This document shows, piece by piece, positions 12,428-24,546 of a DNA stretch of 64,000 nucleotides. Numbering within the stretch: position 1 is the stretch's first letter; the number at the start of each line of letters is the position of its first letter. The DNA is taken from assembly GCA_964016885.1 (NCBI GenBank), contig OZ024758.1, forward strand, positions 17,112,001 to 17,176,000, written 5' to 3'. The position numbers were made by a program, and so were the translations under genes. This stretch comes from Eledone cirrhosa (taxonomy: Eukaryota). Below the pieces are notes generated by a model. The model worked only from the letters and a program-made list of their open reading frames with translations. It did no database searches and was not told the DNA's origin.

Positions 12428-13717
12428 AGGCTTAGATATTTTTTCTTTGGTAAATGAATTTGGCAACATTTCTTAGATATTCTCATAAAGAATTCAAGTT
12501 TATTTTTGTTTCTTTTCTTTTCTTTTTCATACAATATAATTTGCTTTCTTTAATAATATTTTGTAAACAAGTTGGCCACTTTTGTTACTCTATTTTAGTT
12601 TTGTGGAGTTTTTGTCTTTTTATATGTCCAATATGGTTGAATAGAAGTTTCATCAAATCTTTCAATATTTCATTATTAAAGCACCTATCCCAGTTCATTT
12701 TATGATTTTATGGTTAGAAAGTGTCAATAATGCAGTCCTGGTGCCAAATCTTTTAGCTTTTATTTTGTTCTTTTCTCTCCTCCACAAAAATCCACCCTAC
12801 CCTATCATTTTCTCTCTCCCTCTCTCTTTTTCTCGTTTGAATGTTGAGCTCCAGCTAAGCCAACAAGATGGCTATATTCTTGTTAATGTTAAATGGAAGG
12901 AGGGGGGGGGCGTGGCGTCGTAAACTGCTTTAACATATTGAAGCCAACTTATTGATTAAATTTGATTGGATATTGTATTTAGCATTTGAAACCTTACTGA
13001 CAAGTAAGACTTAGGGTGAAGTATTCACCACAATTTCTGATTAAAGTTGCTCTTTCTATATCATTGGCCCCTGACCTAGCACTGATTACATTTCTAAGAA
13101 ATTTCCTATATATAATAATGTCACCTGTAATAAAATATAAAAGTGTCAATTGTTGAGATAATATTTATCAAGTAGTTAAGTTGATTTGGCTATCAGTTGA
13201 AACATGTGTTAAGAGTTCATACCAATATCAACTTGAGCAAAATCTTAGTACAAGCTAAGGCTATATATATATATATATAAATATACACATTTATATATAT
13301 ATGTATGTATATATATATATATATTTATATATACACATTTATATATATATCATCATCATCATCATCATCAACGTTTAACGTCCGTGTTCCATGCTTGCAT
13401 GGGTTTGGACGGGGGTAGTCCCACTTGAGGCAAGAGTGATTGTCTTGCTCGCATAGGACTGTCTGTATGTATATGTATATATATATAGTATGCTAGGGAA
13501 AGGATCAGGGGTGTATAACACTCCACTTATCCAGCAGGCAGTATGAGGTTAGCTCAATGTCTGAGGACAGAGCCATAACATAATAAATTATTATATATGT
13601 ATATATATATATATTTATATATACACATTTATATATATATGTATATGTATATATATATATTTATATATACGCATTTATATATGTATGTATATATATATCA
13701 TCATCATCATCATCATC

Positions 13718-14047
13718 ATTTCATTTTACGTCCGCTTTTTCCCTGCTTGCAAGGGTGGGACGGGAACTGATGCTGGCTTGATTTCTACAGCTGGATGCCC
13801 TTCCTAACACCAACCTCATTTACAGTGAGTGCTGGGTGCTTTTTTGCCGTGGCACCTCCACGACCACTTTGCAGTGGTATGATATGGACCCCAGTCCCTA
13901 TCATCTCATTTCTACAGCTGAGTAAACTGGAGCAATGTGAAATAAAGTGTCTTGCTCAAGGAAACAACACATCACCCGGTCTGAGAATTGAACTCACAAC
14001 CTTTCGATTGCAAAGCCAATGCTCTAACCACTAAGCCACGTGCCTCC
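13718..14047 (-). mobile_element. SINE family 1 copy
   Basis: Reverse complement of 35302-35635. Other copies lie at 5240-5599 (-), 14843-15179 (-), 24591-24923 (+), 27500-27672 (+, 3' half) and 58221-58305 (+, head only). Confidence 0.9.
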
Positions 14048-14119
14048 ATATATATTTATATATACACATTTATATATATATGTATATGTATATATATATA
14101 TTTATATATACGCATTTAT

Positions 14120-14154
<35 letters not shown>

Positions 14155-14801
14155 CATGCCAATATGTATTTTCATATATATGTATATTCATATATATGTA
14201 TATTTTCATATATATGTATATTCATATATATGTATATATTCATATAAATATATACGTATGAATGTGTGTGTATATATACATGTGTGTGAGGGTGTATAAA
14301 GGCATATATAATATGTTTATAGATAATGAACTTATAAAAATCTCACTATGATTCTTTTAAACTATGTTACACACACACACACCTCTCTCTCTCTCTCTTT
14401 CTCTCTCTATATATATATGTATGTGTCTGTGTTATTATTAGTAAATGTTTACTTTAAAGTTTTGCAGACTGGCCAACTCAAATAAATAATCACTATTAAT
14501 AACAAATATTTTATTGAATCTATATATAGTATACAGTATACAATACATTCTTAATGTGTTTATCACACAGACCTACAAAACAAGCACATACATGTATAAA
14601 TATATATATATATATATATATAGTAATAATAATAAATTTGAAGACTAAAATCCAAAGAGGGCTCGATAAGGATAAATATATATCAAATATATAAGAACCG
14701 TAGAGCAGTTCTGCGTTTACAGATTGACTTCGTTAGTTTCAGAAGATCCCGTTAAGGGTGAGAGCAGCGATTCTTTGCTTAAACTTTAATCTGTTATTTT
14801 A

Positions 14802-14845
<44 letters not shown>

Positions 14846-15684
14846 TCATCATTTCATTTTGCGTCAGCTTTTCCCTGCTTGCAAGGGTGGGATGGGAACT
14901 GATTCTGGCTTGATTTCTACAGCTGCATGCCCTTCCTAACACCAACCTCATTTACAGTGAGTGCTGGGTGCTTTTTTGCCATGGCACCTCCACGACCACT
15001 TTGCAGTCCAATGATATGGACCCCAGTCCCTATCATCTCATTTCTACAGCTGAGTAAACTGGAGCAATGTGAAATAAAGTGTCTTGCTCAAGGAAACAAC
15101 ACATCACCCGGTCTGAGAATTGAACTCACAACCTTTCGATTGCAAGGCCAATGCTCTAACCACTAAGCCATGTGCCTCCATATATATATATATATATGAC
15201 TACACTTGACTACATCTCTCTCTATATATACAAGAGTTCATTCTCCAGTCGCCTTCTCAACAAGGAAGATGAAAAAGAGTTACCTCTTAATTTTAAATCT
15301 TTAATTTTTAGTTTTTAATTCTTATTAATTTTTTTTAATTGTAATACGCAACATTTGATAAGATGAATTTTAATAATTAATACTTTATATACATTATAAA
15401 ACTCTTTTTTAAAAGAATTGTACCTCTCATTTTTTCAATAATGTCACTTTGATGAATCAAAGAAAGGACCCTAAAATATATTTCCCATGCTATTTAAAAC
15501 TTCACCCTTTCTCTATAACCACTGTTTTGTATAGAACCTTACTTCCATTTTCTAATATATATATATATATATTTATGTACATGCCGTCGGGGTCATACTT
15601 TTTCCTATATCCCACTCTACTACCCTAAGTATTGAGTACTCTGGTGCGTTATGGTCCATCTGGTTCCTTACCACAATTCCTTTG

Positions 15685-15719
<35 letters not shown>

Positions 15720-15761
15720 TATGTATATATATACACAAATCTATGTATATATATATACATC

Positions 15762-15857
<96 letters not shown>

Positions 15858-15943
15858 TATGTATATATATATATATATACACAAATCTATGTATATATAC
15901 ATAGATGTATATATATATACATATATTTGTGTATATATATATA

Positions 15944-17343
15944 TTAATTAGAGAAAGGGTCAAACTAGATGAGATGCAGTTTGGTTTTGTGCCTGGGAAG
16001 AGTACAACAGATGCCCTCTTCTTGGTGAGACAAATGCAAGAGAGGTTCTTAGAGAAGAATAAGCCACTATACTTAGCCTTTGTTGACCTAGAGAAGGCCT
16101 TTGATAGGGTACCCCGATCTGTCATCTGGTGGTCCCTAAGGAAGCTGGGTGTTGAGGAATGGCTTGTAAGGACAGTGCAAACTTTGTACAGAGGTACTCT
16201 CAGTAAAGTCAGGGTAGGAATGGAGTTTAGTGAGGAATTCCAGATACAAGTAGGAGTACATCAGGGTTCGGTCCTCAGCCCGCTCTTGTTCATTATAGTC
16301 CTCCAAGCCATAACAGAGGAGTTTAAGACTGGCTGTCCATGGGAACTTCTCTATGCTGACGATCTGGCTCTTATGGCAGAATCAGTAGAGGAGCTAGAGA
16401 ATAAATTCCGGCTATGGAAACATCAGTTGGAAGCAAGAGGACTGAGAGTAAATCTAGCTAAGACAAAAGTGTTGATGAGTAGAAAAGAGGACAAAACCCT
16501 GATTCCGTCAGGGAAATGGCCATGTTCGATATGCAGAAAAGGAACTGGCATAAATTCTATAAAATGCACACAATGTAGGTCCTGGGTACACAAGAGATGT
16601 AGCGGGATAGCAGGCAAACTAACAGGTAGGGAGAAATATGTATGCAGTAGATGTACAGGGAAATTAGACAGTAGAAGTCGCACTGATAGACACATTTTTC
16701 AAATGCGAGAGGGCGCTATAGAAGTGGTGGATAGCTTCCGGTACCTAGGAGATCAGATTAGCATGGGAGGAGGGTGTTCCGAGGCCATAGTATCTAGAAT
16801 AAGGACGGGTTGGAAGAAGTTTAGGGAGCTGCTTCCTCTGTTGACGAAGAAGGGTTTCTCCCTGCGTACGAAAGGCCGGTTGTATGATGCCTGTGTGAGG
16901 AGCGCGATGCTGCATGGTAGTGAGACATGGGCAGCTACCGCAGAAGATATGCGACGGCTGGAGAGAAATGAGGCAAGCATGCTCCGTTGGATGTGCAGTG
17001 TAAATGTGCGTGAACGACCCAGCATAAATGTGTTGAGAGAGAAACTGTGTCTGAGAGGGATAGAATGTAGTGTACGGGAGAGGAGACTGAGGTGGTATGG
17101 ACATGTGATGCGCATGGAGGATGACCGATGGGTGAAGAAGTGCCAGGAAATGCCAGTTGAAGGAAGACGTGGTAGAGGTAGACCACGAAAAACATGGGCG
17201 GAGGTGGTGAGAACAGACCTCAGATCATTGAAGCTCACGGTGGAGATGACGAGGGACCGTGACGAGTGGAGAGATGCTGTGCTGAATAAGACCCGTCCCA
17301 CCCTTGCAAGCAGGGAAAAGCGGACGTAAAATGATGATGATGA
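15944..17343 (+). mobile_element. RTE-clade LINE, subfamily A, 5'-truncated, uninterrupted RT and C-terminal ORF to the stop at 17329
   Basis: The ORF has non-LTR RT motifs [40 protein letters not shown] and the RTE-type C-terminus RRLRWYGHVMRM...GRRGRGRPRKTW. A very short 3' UTR ends in (TGA)n. It is inserted in a (TA)n tract. Confidence 0.95.
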
Positions 17344-17561
17344 TACATAGATGTATATATATATATAAATATATATATAGATCAAAGGAATTGTGGTAAG
17401 GAACCAGATGGACCATAACGCACCAGAGTACTCAATACTTAGGGTAGTAGAGTGGGAAATAGGAAAAAGTATGATCCCGACGGCAGAGCTCAAGATGACT
17501 AATTTAGTCCAGAAATAGCCGTCAAAACGGTTTGAGCTCTGCCATCGGGGTCATACTTTTT

Positions 17562-17597
<36 letters not shown>

Positions 17598-17603
17598 TGT
17601 ATG

Positions 17604-17661
<58 letters not shown>

Positions 17662-18424
17662 AGTATGTATATAAAAGATAAACAGTAATAATAACACAGT
17701 TGGTACAGTAGATGGAAGGAATATATTAGTTTAATGCTTGAAATAGCAGGAAGAGGGTCTTAACGCTTCAGACGCTAGTCCTTCATAAGATGAAAGAATG
17801 AGAAATTAGAAAGATGAAAGGGATGGGCAAGGCGGAATTGGAAAAAATGTTTTTAGAGAAAAATAACAGGTTGATTCATGTTGCCATATAGGTAGTAGAG
17901 GTGCAAATGAATCGTGTTCACAAGCCATATACCAAGATGAGCACTCAATGCTCTTGGGAAACAGAGTATCATCATCATCGTTTAACGTCTATCTTCCATG
18001 CTAGCATGGGTTTAGATGGGAATTGTCCCACTTGAGGCAAGATTGGTTGGGTGACTGTCTGGCAGGTTTTCTACGGCTGGATGCCCTTCCTAACACCAAC
18101 CACATTTTAATAATAAATGGGAACATACAATCGTTCCTTGAGCTGATCGACAGTGAAACATATGTAATATGTAATCAAATATATATATGATGCAATACTG
18201 ATTCTTTGTTCCCATTTTATTAATATATATATATATATTAATAAAAGATTGGAGGCCCTATTCAGTTGATTCAGGTTTATTTAAAACTCCATTATATATA
18301 TCTATCTCACTGAAGACTACCAATTATGATAGCCTGAACTCTTCAGATGACAAAACCTAAAATAAACATTGAAAGTTCCTTTAAGTTTGGAAAAATCCAA
18401 TAATTTCCGTGAAAAAGATTTTCT

Positions 18425-18573
18425 TTTGTGAAATCTTGGATACATTAATTTCAACTCTACTTATTAATAACTGCATTGTTTCTTTCCAGAGACTACGTTG
18501 AAAAATAAATCTCATTTGGTCATTCCATGAGTGTATCTTGGTCAGCCTATGAATTTTTTAGCCAACTGTTGTA
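18425..18573 (+). mobile_element. Non-autonomous mariner-derived remnant
   Basis: Contains gactacgttgaaaaataa (DYVEK*, a mariner transposase C-terminus) followed by a degenerate mariner-type TIR. It matches the monomer of the 28.3-28.7 kb array. Confidence 0.6.
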
Positions 18574-19544
18574 TATAAACACACATAATATCAGTGTAAG
18601 GATGATATCTTTATGGTGGATTGGCAGTATCAGTAGATGGTTGGACGCCATGCTTTGATGCAAAGAGTTATGTCCCTTTACGATCTGAGTTCAAATCCCG
18701 CCGAGGCTAACTTTGCCTTTCATCCTTACGGGGTCGATAAAATAAAGTACCAGTAATGTACTGGGTAATTGCTGGCCTTGTGCCAAAAGTAGAAACAATT
18801 ATTAATTAATGGTTTCTCATATAGGCTCAAGGCCAGCAATTTTGGGGGAGGGGAAAGTCGATTAAATTGACCCCAGTGCGTGACTGGTACTTTATTTTAT
18901 CGACCTTGTAAGGATAAAAGGCAAAGTTAACCTCGGCAGGATTTGAACTCAGATCATAAAGGGCCGTAACTCTATGCTTCAAAGCATGGCGTCCGACCCT
19001 CTACCGATACTGCCAATCCACCACCCTCAATCTATATTAATTAATACGTTGGATTTTATTTTTAATGAACTCTGTTTAATAAATGTTATATTTTAATGTA
19101 TTTCTATGTTAATTAACAAAATATTAATAAGTTTCATTTCTAAAGAAAAAAGCATGTGACTGATCCCGAATGTTTCAATGTTTTGGCTTAGTGTTTTGGC
19201 AGTGTATGATGGTGTTTGTTCTGACTCATAAATTTCTTAGTTGCTATCTGAAGGAGAAAAAAGAATGTCCCATAAACCTCAATAGTTCATTGGATAACCA
19301 CTGAAGACTGTTTTCACATAATGTTTCAAAGGAAACTCAACTAGCAGCACTAATCTCTCTATCTCCAGAAAATATTGAATGCAATTGGATATCACAGGTG
19401 TAAAGAAAAAATATACATGTATAAAAGACATTCCAAGGAAATACATCAACCAAGAATTGAACCAGCAGTGGAAAGTCAATTTTTTTGTAAGCTTACCACT
19501 GCTCTACAGTGTTTGTAGAAATATTGCTGTTGTTGATAATTTAA

Positions 19545-19763
19545 CCCTTAAGCATTTAAACCAGCTGTATCCAGCCAGAATTCTCTTACCTCTTGCTGCT
19601 CAAACCAGCTGTAACCAGCTGCTCATACTGATTTTAAGGTATTGTTCTCAAAATAAATAGTATCAAAATCTCAATGATTTGATATTATGTGAGATAATTA
19701 TGAGATAAAGTGTTTATCGTGAAAATACAATAGTAAATATAGAGTAATGTAAATCCTAAAGGG
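19545..19763. mobile_element. piggyBac-type MITE, same family
   Basis: TTAA flanks and CCCTT...AAAGGG ends. Another copy lies at 20407-20614. Confidence 0.8.
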
Positions 19764-19948
19764 TTAATCTATTTTTAAATTACCAGCTTAATTAGGAAGT
19801 TAGTTATACTAATAATCTTTTCAAATTCTTGATTATTTCAAAGTTATAAGCATAGTTTTCTCATTTAAAAATATGGTAAGGAAAGTATATTTCATTAGTC
19901 TACTAATATAATTTCTCTGTTCAACTAACAATAATCTACAATATAATG

Positions 19949-20130
19949 CGGTGGATTGGCAGTATCGGTAGAGGGTCGGACGCCATGCTTTCCAGCATAC
20001 TTACGTCCCTTTACGATCTGAGTTCAAATCCCGCCGAGGTTGACTTTGCCTTTCATCCTTACGGGGTCGATAAAATAAAGTACCAGTAATGAACTGGGTT
20101 ATTGCTGGCCTTGTGCCTAAAGTAGAAACA
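19949..20130 (+). mobile_element. SINE family 3 (Nin/Deu-domain-like) with a 19-bp flanking direct repeat
   Basis: B-box-like GAGTTCAAATCC and core gactttgcctttcatccttacggggtcgataaaataaagtaccag. aataatctacaatataatg occurs at 19930-19948 and 20131-20149. More than 15 copies are in the window, e.g. 18614-18800 (+), 18810-19025 (-), 20960-21145 (-), 23566-23750 (-), 29855-30042 (+), 47160-47345 (-), 54830-55010 (+). Confidence 0.88.
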
Positions 20131-21504
20131 AATAATCTACAATATAATGGTGATGGATTGGCAGTATTGGTAAAGTGTTGGAGAATATGCTTTGTGGCAT
20201 AGAGTTATGTCCCTTTATAGTCTGAGTTCGAATCCTGCCGAGATTGACTTTGCCTTTCATCCTTATGGGGGTCAATAAAATAAAGCACCAGTAATGCACT
20301 GGGGGTGTTTAATTGACTATCCCCTGCCCTAAAAAATTGTTGGCTTTGTGTCTAAGTCAGTAACAAATAATTTACAGAATAAGTCTAAGTCTAAAGTCTG
20401 TCTTAACCATTTAGCATTTAAACCGGCCATATCCGGCCATTCTCTCACCTCTTTCAGTTCAAACCAGTCACTCATACTGATGTTAAGGTCTTGTTTTTAA
20501 AGTAAATAATAATATCATCAAAATCTCGTAGATTCGATGTGAATAATTATGTGAGATAAAGCCTTTACTGCGAAAATACAATAGTATATATAGAGTAATG
20601 TGAATTCTAAAGGGTTAAGCCATTTAAGGCTTGTTAGGCTGGTGCTTATCCTGGTTTCATGTTGTGAAGCGACTGAGAGCACAAGACTCTCCCCCTGGAC
20701 AGGACACCAGTCCATCACAGGGTTAAATCCTCAGCTATTGCTGATACTCCTTTTCAGCTGTGTATACTGGAGCAATGTGAAATGCTGTCAAAGATAGTGA
20801 AGGGCAAACATGCCTCAGAGGACAGAGACCAGTGACCAGTGGTGATCAGAGAGACAATCCATGAGGTGGGTGACAGGCAGATGAAATATAGAAAAGATTG
20901 AAAGAGAAAGAGGACAAGTAGAAGTGTGTTGGTTCATAGAAGTTACTGGAAGAAGGAGATAATTGTTTCTACTTTAGGCACAAGGCCAGCAATTACCCAG
21001 TGCATTACTGGTACTTTATTTTATCGACCCCGTAAGGATGAAAGGCAAAGTCAACCTCGGCGGGATTTGAACTCAGATCGTAAAGGGACGTAACTATGCT
21101 GGAAAGCATGGCGTCCGACCCTCTACCGATACTGCCAATCCACTGCCCTTTGGAAGAAGGAAATAATGAAAGGCGATGTACTGTGTCAGATGACAGGTGC
21201 AATGTGTCCGAACGTGGAAGAGCTGACCTCCCACTGGCATCACCTCCAAGTCTCTCGCCCTCCCCATCTCTCTCTGTATAGGGAGCAAACGGGGTCCCAC
21301 GTGCTGGCTGCCCCACAACCCCTGTGGACAAAATGGAGAAGGTGTTTCCCTGGAGGATGGTAAGGGAGCTGTGCTGAAGAGCCATTCCATCTAGCGAGGC
21401 TCACATCTGCGGCTGGCAAACTCAGCCCCTATGGTGGTGAGTAAGGAGGTAGCCCTAGGGCCAAGGACACCAGAATTCTCCAATCCAAGGGCATGACCGG
21501 AAGT

Positions 21505-22092
21505 ATACTGTGTCTATGTTTATATACCATGTTTATATACTATGTTTATATAGTATGTTTATATACTATGTTTATATACTATATTTATATACTATGGTTA
21601 TATACTATGTTTATATACTATGTTTATATAGTATGTTCATATACTATGTTCATATACTATGTTTATATACTATGTTTATATACTATGTTTATATACTATG
21701 TTTATATACTATGTTTATATACTATGTTCATATACTATGTTCATATACTATGTTTATATACTATGTTTATATAGTATGTTTATATACTATGTTTATATAC
21801 TATATTTATATACTATATTTATATACTATGGTTATATACTATGTTTATATACTATGTTTATATACTACATTTATATACTATGTTCATATACTATGTTTAT
21901 ATACTATGTTTATATACTATGTTCATATACTATGTTTATATACTATGTTTATATACTATGTTTATATACTATGTTTATATACTATGTTTATATAGTATGT
22001 TTATATACTATGTTTATATATTATGTTTATATACTATGCTTATATACTATGTTTATATACTATGTTTATATACCATTTTTATATACTATGTT
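21505..22092. repeat. 13-bp minisatellite (CTATGTTTATATA)n, about 45 copies
   Basis: Direct reading; explains the MFIYYVYILCLYT pseudo-ORFs. Confidence 0.95.
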
Positions 22093-22713
22093 TGTATATT
22101 TGTTCAACAAAAACAACCAATAAAATAAGCACCAGAATTAAAAAAAATGTCTTGGGGTCGATACGATCAACTAAAATACTTTGAAAGCAGTGCACCAGCA
22201 TGGCCTCAGTATAATGAAAGAAACCAGCAAAATATTAAAAACGAATTATATACGATAACATTGATAATTATAACGAAAATTGCGGTCTTTTAATTTCATT
22301 TCATAATTAATTTTTCTCAGTAGTTTCTTCTCTGTTACTGTAATAATATTTTTGACAGATATAATTTCGAATTGGAATGATGTCTGCTGTCTATTGTCTT
22401 AATTTAAGGTCTGAAAAATTAGTAGAGATAATCCCTGGAGACGGAAGAAAATTAGTTGCTAAAATATTTTTGGTAATATGCCACGTGTATGAGGAACGGA
22501 GTCACTATAATGTTAGATGATTAAAACATTTCAAACAGTAATTGATTGAATTTCTTTCCTAAATTATAACTATACACTTATGAAAGTTTTCTCTATATAT
22601 TCCCAACTGAGGGTTTCGGTTTGTTTATGTGTGTGTGTGTTTGAGTGGATGTTTGTGTTTGTGTCTACGTGAGTATGTATGTATGTATGTGTGTGTGTGT
22701 ATATTATATTTAC

Positions 22714-22754
<41 letters not shown>

Positions 22755-22759
22755 TATAT

Positions 22760-22799
<40 letters not shown>

Positions 22800-22911
22800 G
22801 TATGTTTATTTGTTAGTCATACCATCAGGTGTATTTATATTTGTGCATATACAATTATATGTATGTGTGTATGCACACTCTCACCGACATTATATATACA
22901 TATATATATAT

Positions 22912-22945
<34 letters not shown>

Positions 22946-22969
22946 AAAATATATATATGTGTGTGTGTG

Positions 22970-23010
<41 letters not shown>

Positions 23011-24067
23011 CCACACACACATATATATATATATATATATACATATATACATACATACTGGAGATATTATATTATCACACAAGTACATATCTAACGTCTA
23101 ATGAAAGCCTCTTCTGATCGTAAGATAGACACAAATTTATTTTCCTGTAAATTAACTATTGTTAAGATAGTTGTCCTCTGCTTATTATATCTATGCTTGG
23201 CTTCAGTTGTATTTCCCCCTTTTCTGTAGAGTGACTTAATTTTCCTATACGTATCTTTAATCTTTTCATCTGTTATTTACCTTCTTTCAGAAGAGCTTGT
23301 TTTATCATTCTTGTTATTAACTCTCCTCTTTATCTTGATGTTATTTCTTGCCAGGCTGCTCCCAAACAGTGTCAAATAAAACTAAATAGACAGTTGAAAA
23401 TTTACTCCAGACCAAACCAGACCAGACTAGACCTGCCAATCTAAAAAAACCCAGATGGGAGTACCTTTAAAAAAAGTGCCCCAAAACGGGAAAAAAATTG
23501 TCTCAAAACTGGAAAAAAGTCTCCTCTAACGGGAAAAATTGAGGCAAATTGGGGAGATTTTACATAATTGTCTCTACTTTAGGCACAAGGCCAGCAATTA
23601 CCCAGTGTATTACTGGTACTTTATTTTATCGACCCCGTAAGGATGAAAGGCAAAGTTAACCTTGGCGGGATTTGAACTCAGAATGGCAAGGGCCGCAACT
23701 CTATGCACCAAAGCATGGCATCCAACACTCTACCAATACTGCCAATCCAAGCTATAATCATTTTAAGAAAAGAAAACATCTCTCACCCACCCCAAAAGCT
23801 ATTGCAAATCTCCTCATTGGATGGGGAGAGTTGACAGGTCTGTTGCCTTGTGGATGTGGTAAAACGTTATATTTGACCCTCCCTCCTTGTACTTTGTATC
23901 TGTGGCAAGAACAGTTATCAGCATCATCATCATCACTGTTTTATGTCAATTTTTCCTTGCTGGCATGGGTTAGATGAGTTGTATTGTAGATCAGGTATGA
24001 GAAACATGCGACCTGCAGGCCACATGCAGCTCTTTACATTTAGTGGTTAATAATTGCCTTCAAGAGT

Positions 24068-24200
24068 AAACCTTTGTATTTGACATTTGTGGATCTGGAG
24101 AAGGCCTTTGATATGGCACTCTTATCTGTAATTTGGTGGGCAATAAGGAAGCCAGGTGTAGATGAATGGCTTGTGAGGACCATGTAAGACATTTATAGGG
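24068..24200 (+). pseudogene. Decayed internal RT fragment of an RTE LINE
   Basis: Translates to [15 protein letters not shown]...VIWWAIRKPGVDEWLVRT. Confidence 0.8.
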
Positions 24201-24497
24201 TGAGGTTGAGTAGGATCTGGTACAGGACAAGAAAGACGAAGAGAAGAGAGATGGCAACACATGGCTAAAAATCAGAAGCTTTGGGAAGAGAACAAGCGAG
24301 AGATTATAAGTAAGCTTTATGGAGGAAAGATGGGATAAAAATGTGAAATATATATATATAGAATAAGAAAATGCGAAGTAGTTTCAGATGTTAAAGTCCT
24401 TTAATGATAATGCTGTCATTCTAAATATACTCCGTCACTCCTCTGTGGAAAAAGTACGTTGAATGCTTCGATTGAATTGCATCAATGTTTACCTTAA

Positions 24498-24546
<49 letters not shown>

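Noticed and set aside
13541-13590. SECIS-like hairpin (ATGA...AA...stem)
   Set aside because: The 3' GA of the non-Watson-Crick quartet is missing and no selenoprotein ORF is evident.
18135-18175. Hammerhead-like CTGATCGACAGTGAAACATATGTA, and a similar weak motif near 52653-52690 (-)
   Set aside because: The core or helices I and II are broken. They may be decayed copies but cannot be supported as ribozymes.
23429-23841. Possible hAT-type MITE (agacctgccaa...ttgacaggtct) with a nested SINE
   Set aside because: The TIR is short and imperfect and no 8-bp target duplication was found.
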